From Octopus bimaculoides (Eukaryota): a stretch of DNA of 63,753 bases. The notes below the pieces were generated by a model, which saw nothing but the letters and a program-made list of their open reading frames with translations, made no database searches and was not told the origin of the DNA. Below, in pieces: positions 1 through 11,915 of the stretch (position 1 is its first letter; every line of letters begins with the position of its first letter). Where the stretch lies: positions 9,764,088 to 9,827,840 of the forward strand of contig NC_068982.1 of the NCBI RefSeq assembly GCF_001194135.2, written 5' to 3'. Made by a program: the position numbers and the translations under genes.

Positions 1-6
1 ATATAT

Positions 7-361
7 ATTAGTGTACATTTAAACCCAAGAGGTGAGCCTTAACAGGTCGCCTTACATACTAGAAAGAACAGTCAAAAAGTCCAAACCACAATTAAGAGCA
101 ATTTCGAAGGGAATGAAACATAAAAACATTTACTATGTTTTATAGACCTTAAGTTTCGAACTTTAATTAGCAAATAAAATAATATGCAAGTTCTAATTAG
201 CGGATACGCCAAACATTAACATATAAATTAGAAACAAAATAACACGTGTCTCATCCTTATATATTATAATTTTTCAAATCCACAGCGCAAGCGCAGTTTC
301 AATCTAGTATGTGAGGCGACTTGTTAAGGCTCACCTCTTTTGTGTTTAAATGTACACTAAT
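7..361. mobile_element. MITE-like element with about 55-bp terminal inverted repeats
   Basis: 7-63 ATTAGTGTACATTTAAACCCAAGAGGTGAGCCTTAACAGGTCGCCTTACATACTAGA is the near-perfect reverse complement of 303-361 TCTAGTATGTGAGGCGACTTGTTAAGGCTCACCTCTTTTGTGTTTAAATGTACACTAAT; non-coding AT-rich interior. Confidence 0.75.
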
Positions 362-457
362 TTCTATATGAAAAATATGTCTATTGACTTTGTATACATG
401 CTAGGCCACTGGTAGAAAAACTTTCAATAATTTTTCTTAACCTATATTAATTTTAAG

Positions 458-494
<37 letters not shown>

Positions 495-1775
495 CACACA
501 CATTTGTATGTGAATGCGTACATAATATACTCATATATACAACAAAATATGTTTACTCATCGAAATTTAGTTTGTTCCCAACTAACCGTTAGAATATGCA
601 TCACACATTTCATCCCACTTTTACACGTAGATTAGCTTATATATTCCATTCAAATGCAAAGCAAATTACGTGATATTTCCATGTATCACCTACATAAAAC
701 ACACAAAATATAGATGACTATTTCTGATGCAGTTTTAGTTGCGATAAAAATAAGAATCTTCATTTTTTCCTTATTTTCAATGTGTAGTTATCTTTCAGAC
801 TGTTAAATCCATTATGTGAAAAACATCCTATTTTAAGTAGTTCTTATTTTGAAATTATTCAATATATATCGACTAACCTGTCTGCAAGAACACACCAATT
901 CCAATCTTTTGTTCAAAATAGCAAAATGTTATAACAGAATATCATCTTTTGGAGGAATTAATGCATAAATGCAGTATAAGGAATGGTTGTTCTATAATCG
1001 TCTAATTGCTTTTAAATTGTCAATATTACTCTCTAGATTTATTTGTATTGTGACTTAGTGAAACGTCTTTCTGCGTGCATGAACATATACCGTGACTCAT
1101 TTTTGACGGGATTTTCAGAGTAAACCCTATTTAGCTTTTGGGTTCACTTTGTGTGGGGGTGTCCTCTTCTGTTCTTTATTTGATTTCTTCTTTTTAGGAA
1201 GGGGCTAGTTTCTAACAAAGATACGAAACTCCAACGTTGGAATAACAAAAACAGTGTTAACCTTGAGGAAATTCGTCCATATATTTATTGTTCCACTAAC
1301 ACATGTTGCTTTTAGCCCCAGGAGAACATCTCCTCCAGCTGACAAAATTCCATGCTGCCGGTTCTGAAAAGTGTGGTGCTCAGTCTTGCGGAAATGTGCA
1401 TTGTGTGGGCATGAAGTAGATTAGTGCTAGCGAACGTATATAAAGTAACACAATTTTAAATTGAGTAACTCTCCCCATCTTCAAAAATGTATAAAAACCT
1501 GTTCCTGTTTTAGCATTTCTATCCTTTGTTATAAAACCCGGATTTAAGAATTATACTGGTAAAATATAGAGAATGATACGAAACGTACGTCAGTATGTAT
1601 GCATGTGCATATATATGTATATGATGCATAAATATATATATGCAGTTGTCAATTTGGGAACACGAGTGTCATTACATAAATCTGATGATTGCCTGAAAGT
1701 AATAGTTTATTTCAATACTGTAAAAATTGCAAATATCAATACGAGAAAAATCAGAATACGCTGGAATTTCATTGA

Positions 1776-1776
<1 letters not shown>

Positions 1777-1806
<30 letters not shown>

Positions 1807-1832
1807 ATATATATATATATATNNNNNNNNNN

Positions 1833-1864
<32 letters not shown>

Positions 1865-1880
1865 GTATATATATATATAT
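1777..1880. repeat. Compound microsatellite (ATCT)n-(AT)n-(ATGT)n with a 10-N gap at 1823-1832
   Basis: Directly visible. Confidence 0.95.
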
Positions 1881-1961
1881 AGGGAGAATTCACAAAGAAA
1901 ACAAAAGACGAAGTCATGTGGTGTAGAAAACAAACAGAAGTATTAGTGTAACGTTCGAGAA

Positions 1962-1996
1962 TTTAACGTTTCGAGCCTATGCTCTTCTACGGAAAG
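1962..1996 (-). ncRNA. Degenerate minimal hammerhead motif (Penelope-like repeat remnant)
   Basis: Minus strand CTTT-CCGTAGA-A-GAGC-ATAG-GCTC-GAAA-CG-TT-AAAT: stem II and GAAACGT intact, CUGANGA box mutated at two positions, stem I 3 bp. Confidence 0.45.
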
Positions 1997-2061
1997 GAAC
2001 ATAGAAAGAAACGAGACAAACAAGCAGAGAAAAAAATGTGTGTAGTGGTTAGCGATCTATA

Positions 2062-2168
2062 TATAACATAGATAAATTAAGAAATGGAGTCAAACGCAGG
2101 TGTTATATGTATAAATGATTTGAATAACACCTGCGTTTGACTCCATTTCTTAATTTATTCATGTTATA
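2062..2168. repeat. Long fold-back inverted repeat (35-bp perfect core, about 45-bp arms, 17-nt loop)
   Basis: 2072-2106 ATAAATTAAGAAATGGAGTCAAACGCAGGTGTTAT is the exact reverse complement of 2124-2158; a further 8 bp (TATAACAT/ATGTTATA) pair beyond a 2-nt mismatch. Confidence 0.95.
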
Positions 2169-2505
2169 CAAAAGCATTTCTCTTAACCCTGGAATTTTTA
2201 TCTTCATAAGTAGGCTGTAATATCCTTGGCACTTATGTGAATTTTTGCTACCATGGTAACTATTTATTTATTTTTCCTTTATTTATACACATTGAAAAAT
2301 ATACATAAATTGATACATAGATAGATCTGTGAGTTAACAAGTCTACCAATGGTTTCGTGTATGGAGAGAGAGCTCTTTACAATTTTCAAGCCTGCCACAT
2401 GGAGACGTTGGTACTCGTCTCCATTTTGGATGAGAATACTTCGTTATGCCACAAAGAAAGAATATTTATCCATTAATGCAGTGCTGGACACTCATTCTCG
2501 CTATT

Positions 2506-2545
<40 letters not shown>

Positions 2546-3271
2546 GCACACATACATGTATGTGTATGCTTGGCGTTGATTACACTATACGGTATATATA
2601 TAATAGAATGTGAGAATAGTGAAGGTATATTTGCTTTTCATAGTTTTTGTTTGACAAAGTCTATCGTTCTATATCACAATGAAGCTGTATTTTCTTCTAA
2701 ATGCTACAATGATTTGTTTTATATCTCTGTCCTATTTATTTGGTGATATCACATACGTATGCAGGTTTGAAACAATCAGCTATGCTTTGTTTCGTTACAC
2801 AAGATGATCTCATATGTCGATCGTTGATAAACAAAACAAATAGTCCTTGTGAGAAATAGCAGTCAGCCTTAACTGATAGGAATATTGATCGTTACAACTT
2901 CTATCCAAAAGAATCTTATTCCAGCTTTTCTTTTCGCGTTTATGTTCTCGGTTGGACGGACAAAATGCGATCAGTCGTGCGTATAGATTTATTTAACAAT
3001 AATCTTTTCCCGTTCCAATAGATATGTATATTTCTGTGTTACTTTAAGCTTTGGAAGAGGAGAATAATTATTTTAGTTCTGCCATTAAATGCTGTGATAT
3101 TGTAAGTAATGTTTTCATTGTTATATACTCACATACGTACATGGATGTGTTGATACATTTATACATCCTTATATAATTCTATACAGGATATCATTCTGAA
3201 TATTATTGCTGTTATTATTGTGGTATATATATATACATATATAGAAATATATATATATATATATATATATA

Positions 3272-3440
3272 NNNNNNNNNNNNNNNNNNNNNNNNNNNNN
3301 NNNNNNNNNNNNNNNNNNNNNNNNNNNNNNNNNNNNNNNNNNNNNNNNNNNNNNNNNNNNNNNNNNNNNNNNNNNNNNNNNNNNNNNNNNNNNNNNNNNN
3401 NNNNNNNNNNNNNNNNNNNNNNNNNNNNNNNNNNNNNNNN
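3272..3440. other. Assembly gap flanked by (TA)n
   Basis: N run. Confidence 0.99.
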
Positions 3441-3450
3441 ATATATAATC

Positions 3451-3840
3451 TTTTTCCAGTCATTAGACTGCGGCCATGCTGGGGTGCCACCGTGAATTTT
3501 AGCTGAATCAACCCCAATATTTATCATTTTAAGCTCGTTACTTATTGTAACGCTCCCTTTTGCCGAACCGCTATGTTACGGGACGTAAACACCCCTACAC
3601 CAGTTGTGAAGCGGTCGAGGGGGGACAAACAAAGACATGAAGACACGCACATGCACGCATACACACACACACACATACACATACATACGATGGGCTTCTT
3701 TCAGTTTCCGTCTACCAAACCCAATCACAGATCTTTGGTCAGTCTGAGGTTATAGTAGCAGACACTTACCGAAGGTGCCACGCAGAGGAACTGAAGTCGG
3801 AAACGTGATTGAGAAGCAAACTTCTTACCACACAGCCACT
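3451..3840 (-). mobile_element. tRNA-derived SINE, family A (CORE-like central domain; resembles octopus OR-type SINEs)
   Basis: Reverse-complement match to the full copy at 15516-15905 (GTGGCTGTGTGGTAAG head, GGCACCTT..AAGTGTC..CTACTATA core, CAGCATGGCCGCAGTC tail). Confidence 0.85.
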
Positions 3841-3849
3841 CGAGTACCT

Positions 3850-4200
3850 TCTTAAAGCCGTCTGTCTTAAACCCAATTATCTTTGTAGTGGCCCAATCAG
3901 TTTCCAGTACGAAAGACCTGTTTTGGAGACAGTAATACACCGAAGTTCTAATTTCTATCTCAATCAATGCACAATTTCCTGCAGATGATATCTCTGCAAA
4001 CCAAACAGCTGAAGAAAGTTAAAGCAGTAGGCAAAGCAGCTGAAACTTCCTCAAGATGGTTACGGTTGATAAGCGGTCACAAGTGGAACCCTTCTGATGG
4101 TGAAGACTAACTCAGTCCTCACTGCCTCACTCAGCTGAAGTATACAGGCTAAGGAGCGAAACGCTTGTGACCCTGATATACCTGCTGACGATAGGGAAGT
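3850..4200 (+). mobile_element. Decayed 3' end of a restriction-like-endonuclease LINE (HERO-like)
   Basis: 3952-4110 reads FLSQSMHNFLQMISLQTKQLKKVKAVGKAAETSSRWLRLISGHKWNPSDGED*, resembling the recalled HERO C-terminus (GF..QS.....AAE.ASRWLW.KR..W); followed by a 3' UTR with GAAAC..TGACCC..CTGACGA similar to recalled HERO tails. Confidence 0.55.
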
Positions 4201-5207
4201 GTTTTAAGCATTGCAATAGATTAAGAACTTGCAAAACTTTTGAGCAGCTCCGGCGGTTTCTGCGTGGAGCAAAGTATATCTGATCTTTATTTCACCCATT
4301 CAGAAGAATTTTTTCTACATGCAATAAAGAAAAGTTTAAAATATGGAATTTATATTCGTATGAATTTATTACAGACTTATCTATCAGAACAACTTAGATT
4401 TACAACCACTTAAAATATATTGACGAAAGAGAAAATATAACTACTGTTAAATTAAAAGGTGCTTTGTGTCTGTTATACTATATAAACAGATAAATAATCC
4501 ATCTTCTATAGAGTTCTTAGGAATTGCTGTTTAAAAACATTGGATAAAATTGCTGTAGAGAGACGCAATCCAACATTTTAGCAGTCGTAAATTAAAGGTA
4601 AATATTGGAATTTAATTGGGTTGATAAATTATTGTTGCTGGCTGTTATCGAGATATGCAGCCATGAACAAGCCTTTTCTTGCAGGCAAAAAGGATTCGTT
4701 ACTTGGGTCACGCAAGAAAGAAAAAGACTTTAAAATAACAACGAAACTTCCACTTTGAGAATGCTAACTACCGAGTGCAAAACAATACTTACTACTGGTA
4801 GTTCTAAATTTGCCGTGGCGGGGATTATGTCTCCAAGGGGTCATCCCAATAATGTATGTTAGTCTCACACTTGATAGTACTCAAAGAAACTGGAGTAGTA
4901 TTGTACCTCCTGACTATGTGGTTGATGTGTTGTAGGAAAAGATTGAAGCATTTTCTTTCATAAAATCTCTCAGGGCGTTACTGTCCCTTTACCAGAACGC
5001 CTCGAGCGGGCCGACAAACAAATACTTTTCTCGTGCTCATACAGTTAAAGGTATCGAAACTCATTTTAACACGTGTATCTTTTATATTCGAATAAAGTTT
5101 CTCATAACCAGAAAATAGATTTATATAAATCAATACTTCTAGAACAATTTACAAATCGATTTCCTGAATAAAATATTTTTATCTTTAATATTAAATAATT
5201 GTATAAA

Positions 5208-5413
5208 GGTTGCGAGCTGGCAGAATCGTTTAGCATGCCGGACAAAATGCTTAGCAGTATTTCGTCCGTCTTTACGTTCTGAGAGATGTCGACTTTGTCT
5301 TTCATCTTTCCAAGTCGATAAAATAAGTACCAATTGAGCACTGAGGTCGATGTAGTCAACTTACCCTCTCCTCTGAAATTATTGGCCTGGTGCCAAAATT
5401 AGAAACCGTTATT
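5208..5413 (+). mobile_element. tRNA-derived SINE, family B (Meta/MESC-like middle), tail type 1
   Basis: GCGAGCTGGCAGAATCGTT head, CTTTCATC..GTCGATAAAATAAGTACCA middle, GTGCCAAAATTAGAAACC tail; internal deletion around the B box. Confidence 0.85.
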
Positions 5414-6084
5414 AAAAGGTTGTATATACCTTAAACTTACTGTGTACAAAACTCCTTTCTACAATTCATTACACACACATACATGTACACCAAGCTATGA
5501 AGACAGCGATGGCTTCCGTTTGGCGGCCTCATCTTAGCAGAGATAGTGAAGAATTTGTCAGATCTGTTGACACAGAGACCAAAGTCAAATTTAAACTAAC
5601 CTCTTGTTTGATTTGTGGCCCGAATCACAACCCCGAGGAAAGATTATACATAAACCGGTGATGTATTCAAAAGGGTGGAACGTATTGATCAAAGCTGAGT
5701 CAGCTACTATTTGGGTTGGGTGTATTTCAGGTTCTACGAAGAGCTCGGGAGATTGTAAGGAAATGTTTATATTCTATCCTGTTTTACTTTGATGTTCTAA
5801 TGTTAGTGGTATCAGTCAATGAACCAGAATTTATTCAATATAGAGCAAGAAGTTAGGTAAATCGACTTAGTTGCATGTAAACTGAAATTTCTACCTATGA
5901 TCTCAAATCTAATGGTGCAGCAGAAAAATGTGTGCTAACAATCTAACACTGCATTAATAGTTTTGTTCACAAATTGGGTAGTTTCATAAGTGTTTGCTAA
6001 AGGTTTGTTTGAACGATGTTACTGCATCTGGTACGTGCCTGCCATCTCTGGCTGAGTAAACAGAATCATTTACTTTTTGTCTTG

Positions 6085-6441
6085 TATCTTTTACTGGCTT
6101 CAGTTATTAGACTGCGGCCATGCTGGGGCACTACTTTGAAGAATTTTTAACCGAATAAATCGACCCCTGTACTTATTTTTTAAAAAACCTGGCACTAACT
6201 CTATCGGAATCTTTTACTGAACCACTTAGTTACGGAGACGTAAACGCACCGGCACAGATTGTCAGGCGGTGTGTGGCAGACATACACATGCATTTATCTA
6301 TTTATACGACCGGTTTCTTTCAGTTTCCCTCAACCAAATATACTCATAAGGCTTTGGTCGTCCCGAGGCTATAGTAAAAGATGCCACACAACCAGGAACC
6401 ATGTCTTTGAGAACCAGGCTTCTTACTACGCAGACAAGCCC
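6085..6441 (-). mobile_element. SINE family A, diverged, with internal deletion
   Basis: GACTGCGGCCATGCTGG tail and TTTCTTTCAGTTTCC..GGCTTTGGTCG..CCGAGGCTATAGTA core match 15516-15905. Confidence 0.8.
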
Positions 6442-7299
6442 TGAGCCTGAAGTAAACTCCTTTTACGCGGTTAAACAAATCAGTCATAACACTAACAATA
6501 TAACATTTCTCACAGATTTCCGTTACTTGACTATTATGGCGGAAATACAACCTAGATCTTAGATTGAACTCGAATATGAAAACAATCATTCAATGCTCAA
6601 TAGAAGAAATACTTCGTAAATATCCTTTTCCGAACACATCTGTTAATCGCGATAATGTTATCGGTGAGTTGACATCAACAGTTTCTCCCTCTCCCGTTTA
6701 GCCGCCACTTGATCAAGTGATTCCCCTGTAGTAATGCTTCGGCTGACCAACATCATCGATTTCTCAACTGTTATTGCAGTTAATATTCAATCTGTAAAAT
6801 CTCCAATACTGCCAACGTTATAAAACCATACTAATCTTCACAGCAGCTTACTAAGTAGTCGTATAACAACATCACCACGATGAACTTACAGAATGAAAAT
6901 TTGGAGCGTACTGAGATATAATGACTAACACGATTTGTCTCACGAAGTTGGAATAATGCTGATCATCATATTTTATCAATGCTCCCAGTCAGCACGGTAC
7001 ATACACACTGTCTACTCAATCTATGATATTATTCTTATAGTGTTTTGGCGTTGGATGCATTTTGCTTATTTTCCTGTGGTCGGGTTTCTTAGGGTGATAA
7101 CCAATCTGCTCACAATGACAGATACATAGTGTACAGTAAAGGTAACTTTAGGGACGTATGGTACTACGATAAGACAGTTTTGAACTTATTGTCATGGCCG
7201 TACATAATTATCATATTCCTTATTAGCTGGGTCTGGCAAAAAAGACATTGCCCATGGCCTTTGCGCTGTTCCTAGATCGGCGAGATTGATATCGTTACC

Positions 7300-7525
7300 A
7301 TTCCCTTCCAACTGTTACATGTCGGAGATTTCAGGGAAGACTTGGACAGAGAAGAAATTCCAGATGACGAACACTCTGGGAGGCAAGAACTAGGTGTATG
7401 AAGAAATGCGGAGTTTAGGGTAGGGATTGAATGTGGCTGAAGATAGGAAGGGGGACGTGATATTTCAGAGTGCCTGCTGATAGGTGACATGTGCCCCACC
7501 CGCTCTGAAGAACAGAACCCATTAC
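7300..7525 (+). mobile_element. Decayed 3' end of an RTE-clade LINE
   Basis: Frameshifted remnant ...VYEEMRSLG*GLNVAEDRKG / RDISECLLIGDMCPTRSEE resembles RTE C-termini (EEM..LG....A.DR..WR....LC.TR.EE). Confidence 0.4.
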
Positions 7526-8096
7526 AGAGCCGACACAAATGGCAGGGAAAGAAGATAGAATGTCTTTAACTCAAAAACAATAGCGTGTCAGTGAATGACT
7601 TTATGCTTATCAATCTAGAATGTCGGCATATGCAGATTTTTAGGTGCTACTCTACCGCAATATCCGTAATCCACGCTGTGAAATGACATAGTTTAGGGTT
7701 AGTTAAGTTTAAGGTGGCACACATTTTTTATTTCAAATATCCTTTCCTTGGATATGGATTCGTATTTCTGGCGGAAATGCAGGAATTTCCGGACTATGGT
7801 TACCTCCAATTGAAAGATTTTGCGCTTACAAAACTTTTATAGTATGACCATTGATTTCTGGATGCGAGCTGTAATTTCTCCCTTAGAAAAAATTTTAAAA
7901 ATTTGAAATTTATGAATTTGAATTTTCATGAATTTGAAATTTATGAATTTTAAAAAATCAACTTTCTTCTGAACCAAAAAACCGCTTCTCGTCAGTTTAG
8001 CTAAAATCAAAATAACAGTAGTTGGCAATTTTCGGAAATTACTATCATGACACACACAAATATATACATCTGAGTATGTAAGTGTGTGGGTAGGGG

Positions 8097-8099
<3 letters not shown>

Positions 8100-8141
<42 letters not shown>
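8100..8141. repeat. (TG)n microsatellite
   Basis: Directly visible. Confidence 0.95.
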
Positions 8142-8143
<2 letters not shown>

Positions 8144-8528
8144 GTGTATGTAGGTATGTAAGTATGTAAGCCACTTCCATCACTACAATGATCTATCTTC
8201 AATACTAAGGCAGTCAGCATTAACACCAAAACCAGTACGATCACCAGCATTAGCAACCCAACAACGCCTTAATGACCAACGGCAGCGGAAATAATATGAA
8301 AAGAAAAAATTAGCAACTCCATCTAAAATTAAAAGGGGAAGTAATTACTTGAGATAATGTAAAACTCGGGTGTATTTTAAAAATGGAATGAAATGTCTTT
8401 GATCTGAGGTCAATGGGTATTGACTAAACAGCAACAACACATCTAATATGACCCCGCCGCCACCAACAATGCCCCCACCATCGTCGTCATCACCAAAATA
8501 AAACCTACATGACAACCGACCTAATAGT

Positions 8529-8743
8529 AATGGTTTCTAATTTTGGCTCAAGGTTACTAATTTGAGGGGAGGGACTAAGTGGATTTAATCGATCGTAGCG
8601 CTCAACTGGTACTTAGTTTATTGACCCCGAAAGGATGAAAGGCAAAGACAACCTTGGCAGAATTTGAACTCAGAACGTAGAGACGGACGAAATACTGCTC
8701 AGCATTTTGTCAGGCGTGCTAACGATTATGCCAGCTCGCCGCC
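8529..8743 (-). mobile_element. SINE family B, tail type 1
   Basis: GACCCCGAAAGGATGAAAGGCAAAG..GAATTTGAACTCAGAACGT..GCCAGCTCGCCGCC (B box GAGTTCAAATTC on the minus strand). Confidence 0.9.
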
Positions 8744-8762
8744 ATCAACCTAACAATAATAA

Positions 8763-8973
8763 TCTTTTGTACTCTAGGTACAAGGCCTGAAAATTTGGGG
8801 GAGGGGTCCAGTTGATTAGATCAACCACAGTACGCAGCTGGTACTGAATTTATCGCCCCCGAAAGGATGAAAGGCAAAGTCGACCTCGGCGGAATTTGAA
8901 CTTAGAACGTACAAACAGATGAAATACTGCTAAGCATTTCGCCCGGTGCTAACGATTCTGCCAGCTCGCCGCC
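8763..8973 (-). mobile_element. SINE family B, tail type 2
   Basis: Same head and middle as 8529-8743 but the tail reads CCTTGTACCTAGAGTAC on the minus strand. Confidence 0.9.
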
Positions 8974-10034
8974 GTCAACCTAACAGTAATAATACAATCA
9001 GAATGATAGCAATATGCTGCATATTAACAAAACAGTGTGCATGCGTGTGTCTTTCTGTGTGCATGTATGTGTGTGTGAGAGAGAGAGACAGAGAGAATGG
9101 AGTTTAATGACTCGTGATGTAAAGGGCAAAGTGTTAATGAACCTGGTAACCCGTCAACCTGTAACAATTCAGTACTTCCTCTTACCTGACTCCCCACCTC
9201 CTTTCATCATTTCATTTACGATCTTACATTCACGGGAATAAGACCTTCCGAAGCGGAAGGTCTTCTCACGTCCGAATACACACACACAAGCGTGAAAAAC
9301 GTGACTTCACTCGAATACATTTTATTAAACGTTGTTTTGCGTGGCATTGTTTTATTTTGTGAAATAATTGTTACTGAGCTGTTCAAATGTATAAGCATAG
9401 TTTCAGATGTAGTTTATAAATTGTCAGCATATGCTGCTGTTGCAGTTGTTTAGTCTCCTGTAAGATCTGGTTGAAGAGGACTGTGAACTATGATACTCTA
9501 ATCAAAAATATCTTTTTTTTTGTTGTTTTCTTTTTTTCTGTTCAGGGCTACATCATACGTCGTTTCCTTCCTTTTTAAAACAGTAGAACGTGGCGGTTGT
9601 TCTACCTGATCGAACGACCGCATAGAAGCTTGGCATGTTACTAAACCCGTTATGTCAACTGTTAGGAGAATAATGTATGGTTAAAGATGAATTGCATCCT
9701 TTATATTTGCTAGAAGTCTACTGTCTGCAGTAGAACCGATATTTTGCTAGTATATAGTTTCGTTCGCCAACATATTAACGTTTCAATGAAACATAATAGT
9801 CTTGTCACTGCTTTTAGTACATGACTGAGACAAATATATTCTTATTCTTACTTTGAAATGTAATGATGATTGCCGAAAAGAATATAGTTTAAAATATTTC
9901 CTTGTGACTCGCTGCGTAACTATTCAACTGCATTAAAACGTCAAACTCATAAATATTTTCAAATCTCTTCAAGAATAAATTACTTTCCGCTTGTTTTCAG
10001 GTGTATTCTTCTCTTTCGTCCTTAGCAGAAATGG

Positions 10035-10150
10035 CGGTAGATTAGCGTGATCGTGAGAGAGGTTTAAATATTTTGCAGTATTTAGTTACGGACTTACTAC
10101 TAGTTCAAATCCCGCTCGCGAAATTTTTTTCCCCACGAGAGTTCCGGACC
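10035..10150 (+). mobile_element. Highly diverged family-B-like SINE head
   Basis: GGCGGTAGATTAGC..GCAGTATTT..AGTTCAAATCCCGC aligns loosely to the family B head. Confidence 0.35.
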
Positions 10151-10359
10151 TCAGTTATGAACTCATTTACATACAGCCAAATAGCAAACTTATAAAAAAA
10201 AATCATTATTACTAATTCGATAAAATACGCAAATTTAAACAAATTTATCTTCAATATTAACTTTATATTTAGTTAAATACATTGTTTATTTAACAAATAT
10301 TGCAAACCGTCGAAAAGCGCAACAAATTGATTTTTTTTAAATAATATTTATACTAGTAT

Positions 10360-10529
10360 ATTGGTTTCAAATTTTCGCAAAAGGCCAGCAATTTCGATGG
10401 TAGGGAAAATCGACTACATTGGTCCCAATGCTCAATTAGTACTTATTGTATCGACTCCGAAAGGGTGAAAGGCAAATTTAATTTCAGTGAAATTCAAACA
10501 CAGAACATGAAGACGGACGAAATGCTACT
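10360..10529 (-). mobile_element. SINE family B fragment, tail type 1
   Basis: GGTTTCAAATTTT..AAGGCCAGCAATTTCG..TCGACTCCGAAGGGTGAAAGGCAAA..AAGACGGACGAAAT. Confidence 0.75.
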
Positions 10530-11507
10530 TCATTTATACCTGTATATTTACTAACCAATATTATCATCCATAATTATTTCCAATTTGAATTCAACATACT
10601 TTCGCCGCATTCTTTTTTCTTTTCCTTTTTAAAAAAGACAGAATGAGTAATTGTCGATAATCCTCAACAAGAAATTACTGCCAGAATAGATATATCCTGT
10701 GTTATTTGGTGAGAATTGTCGTAAAACAATATATTCTCTTTACTGACATTTCGAGAAATTTCTCGGTACCAACGCTTGTGTATTATGGGGGACTTCAAGA
10801 CAAGTAGTATAACATATCGTTTATTTTGACTGTGGACTCCATGAACTGTCACATGCATGATTTACAATTTCTATAACTATTTCATATATTTCCTTTTTTT
10901 AATTAGCTTTCAGTATCCATTCGGAATAATATCAAAGTTTGCCACGCTATAAGAACATATTTCACATCTTTCTTTTATCAAAAATATTGCCGTTTGACAT
11001 CCAGCTGCCGTATTTTATTGTTGAAATCAGATTAGATTATTTATGAGAAATATTAAACAGCCTCAGAAGGATTGACTTTTTTTCTCATGTTAAAAAAAAA
11101 CTAGTTTACAACTAAATCTTAACTATGATGTCAAAAAGACATTTTTAAAAATCATGTTAATGTCTCCTTTAATTAACCATTCAGGATTTCAAATAAAATA
11201 TCAAACGTCTTCAAACTCTAAAAATGAAAATAATGGAAGTTGATGCACTCTTCAAGCAATAATTCAGACAATCAGATAGTAATTGCGCCAGCGAAATTTA
11301 TTGAATTTACGCTGTTTAACTTTCCAAGTATCTTAATGTTGCTCATAATGTTTTTGTTCTTTCAAAGGAAATTACTAATGACCGAAATTGGGAGAGCAGT
11401 CCAACTCCTACATTAGGTATTTAAAACAAGTAATTTAGTTATTTATCTTGATATGTAAACACTATTAGTTGGAATTTCTTATACTTCAGAATTTGATATC
11501 AGTATAA

Positions 11508-11915
11508 GGCTGGCAGAAACGTTAGCACGCCGGGCGAAATGCTTAGCGTTATTTTGTCTGCCGTTACGTTGTGTTCAAATTCCACCGAGGTCGACTTTGC
11601 CTTTCATCCTTTTTGGGTCGATAAATTAAGTACCAGTTACGCACTGGGGTCGATGTAATCGACTTAATCCCTTTGTCTGTCCTTGTTTGTCCCCTCTATG
11701 TTTAGCCCCTTGTGGGAAATAAGAAACGTTAGCACGCCGGGAGAAATGCCTAGCGGTATTTCGTCTGTCTTTACATTCTGAGTTCAAATTCCGCCGAAGT
11801 CGACTTTGCCTTTCATCCTTTCTGGGTCGATAAATTGAGTACCAGTTGCGTACTGGGATCGATCTAATCGACTTGACCCCTCCCCCAAAATGTCGAGCCT
11901 TGTACCTAGAGTAGA
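11508..11915 (+). mobile_element. Dimeric family B SINE (tail type 3 unit fused to a tail type 2 unit)
   Basis: Two consecutive AACGTTAGCACGCCGGG..GTTCAAATTCC..CTTTCATCC..GTCGATAAATT..GTACCAG units joined at AGAAAC near 11722. Confidence 0.9.

Noticed and set aside
5509-5661. 50-aa ORF MASVWRPH..CLICGPNH..
   Set aside because: Good start context but short, with no recognisable family or supporting signals.
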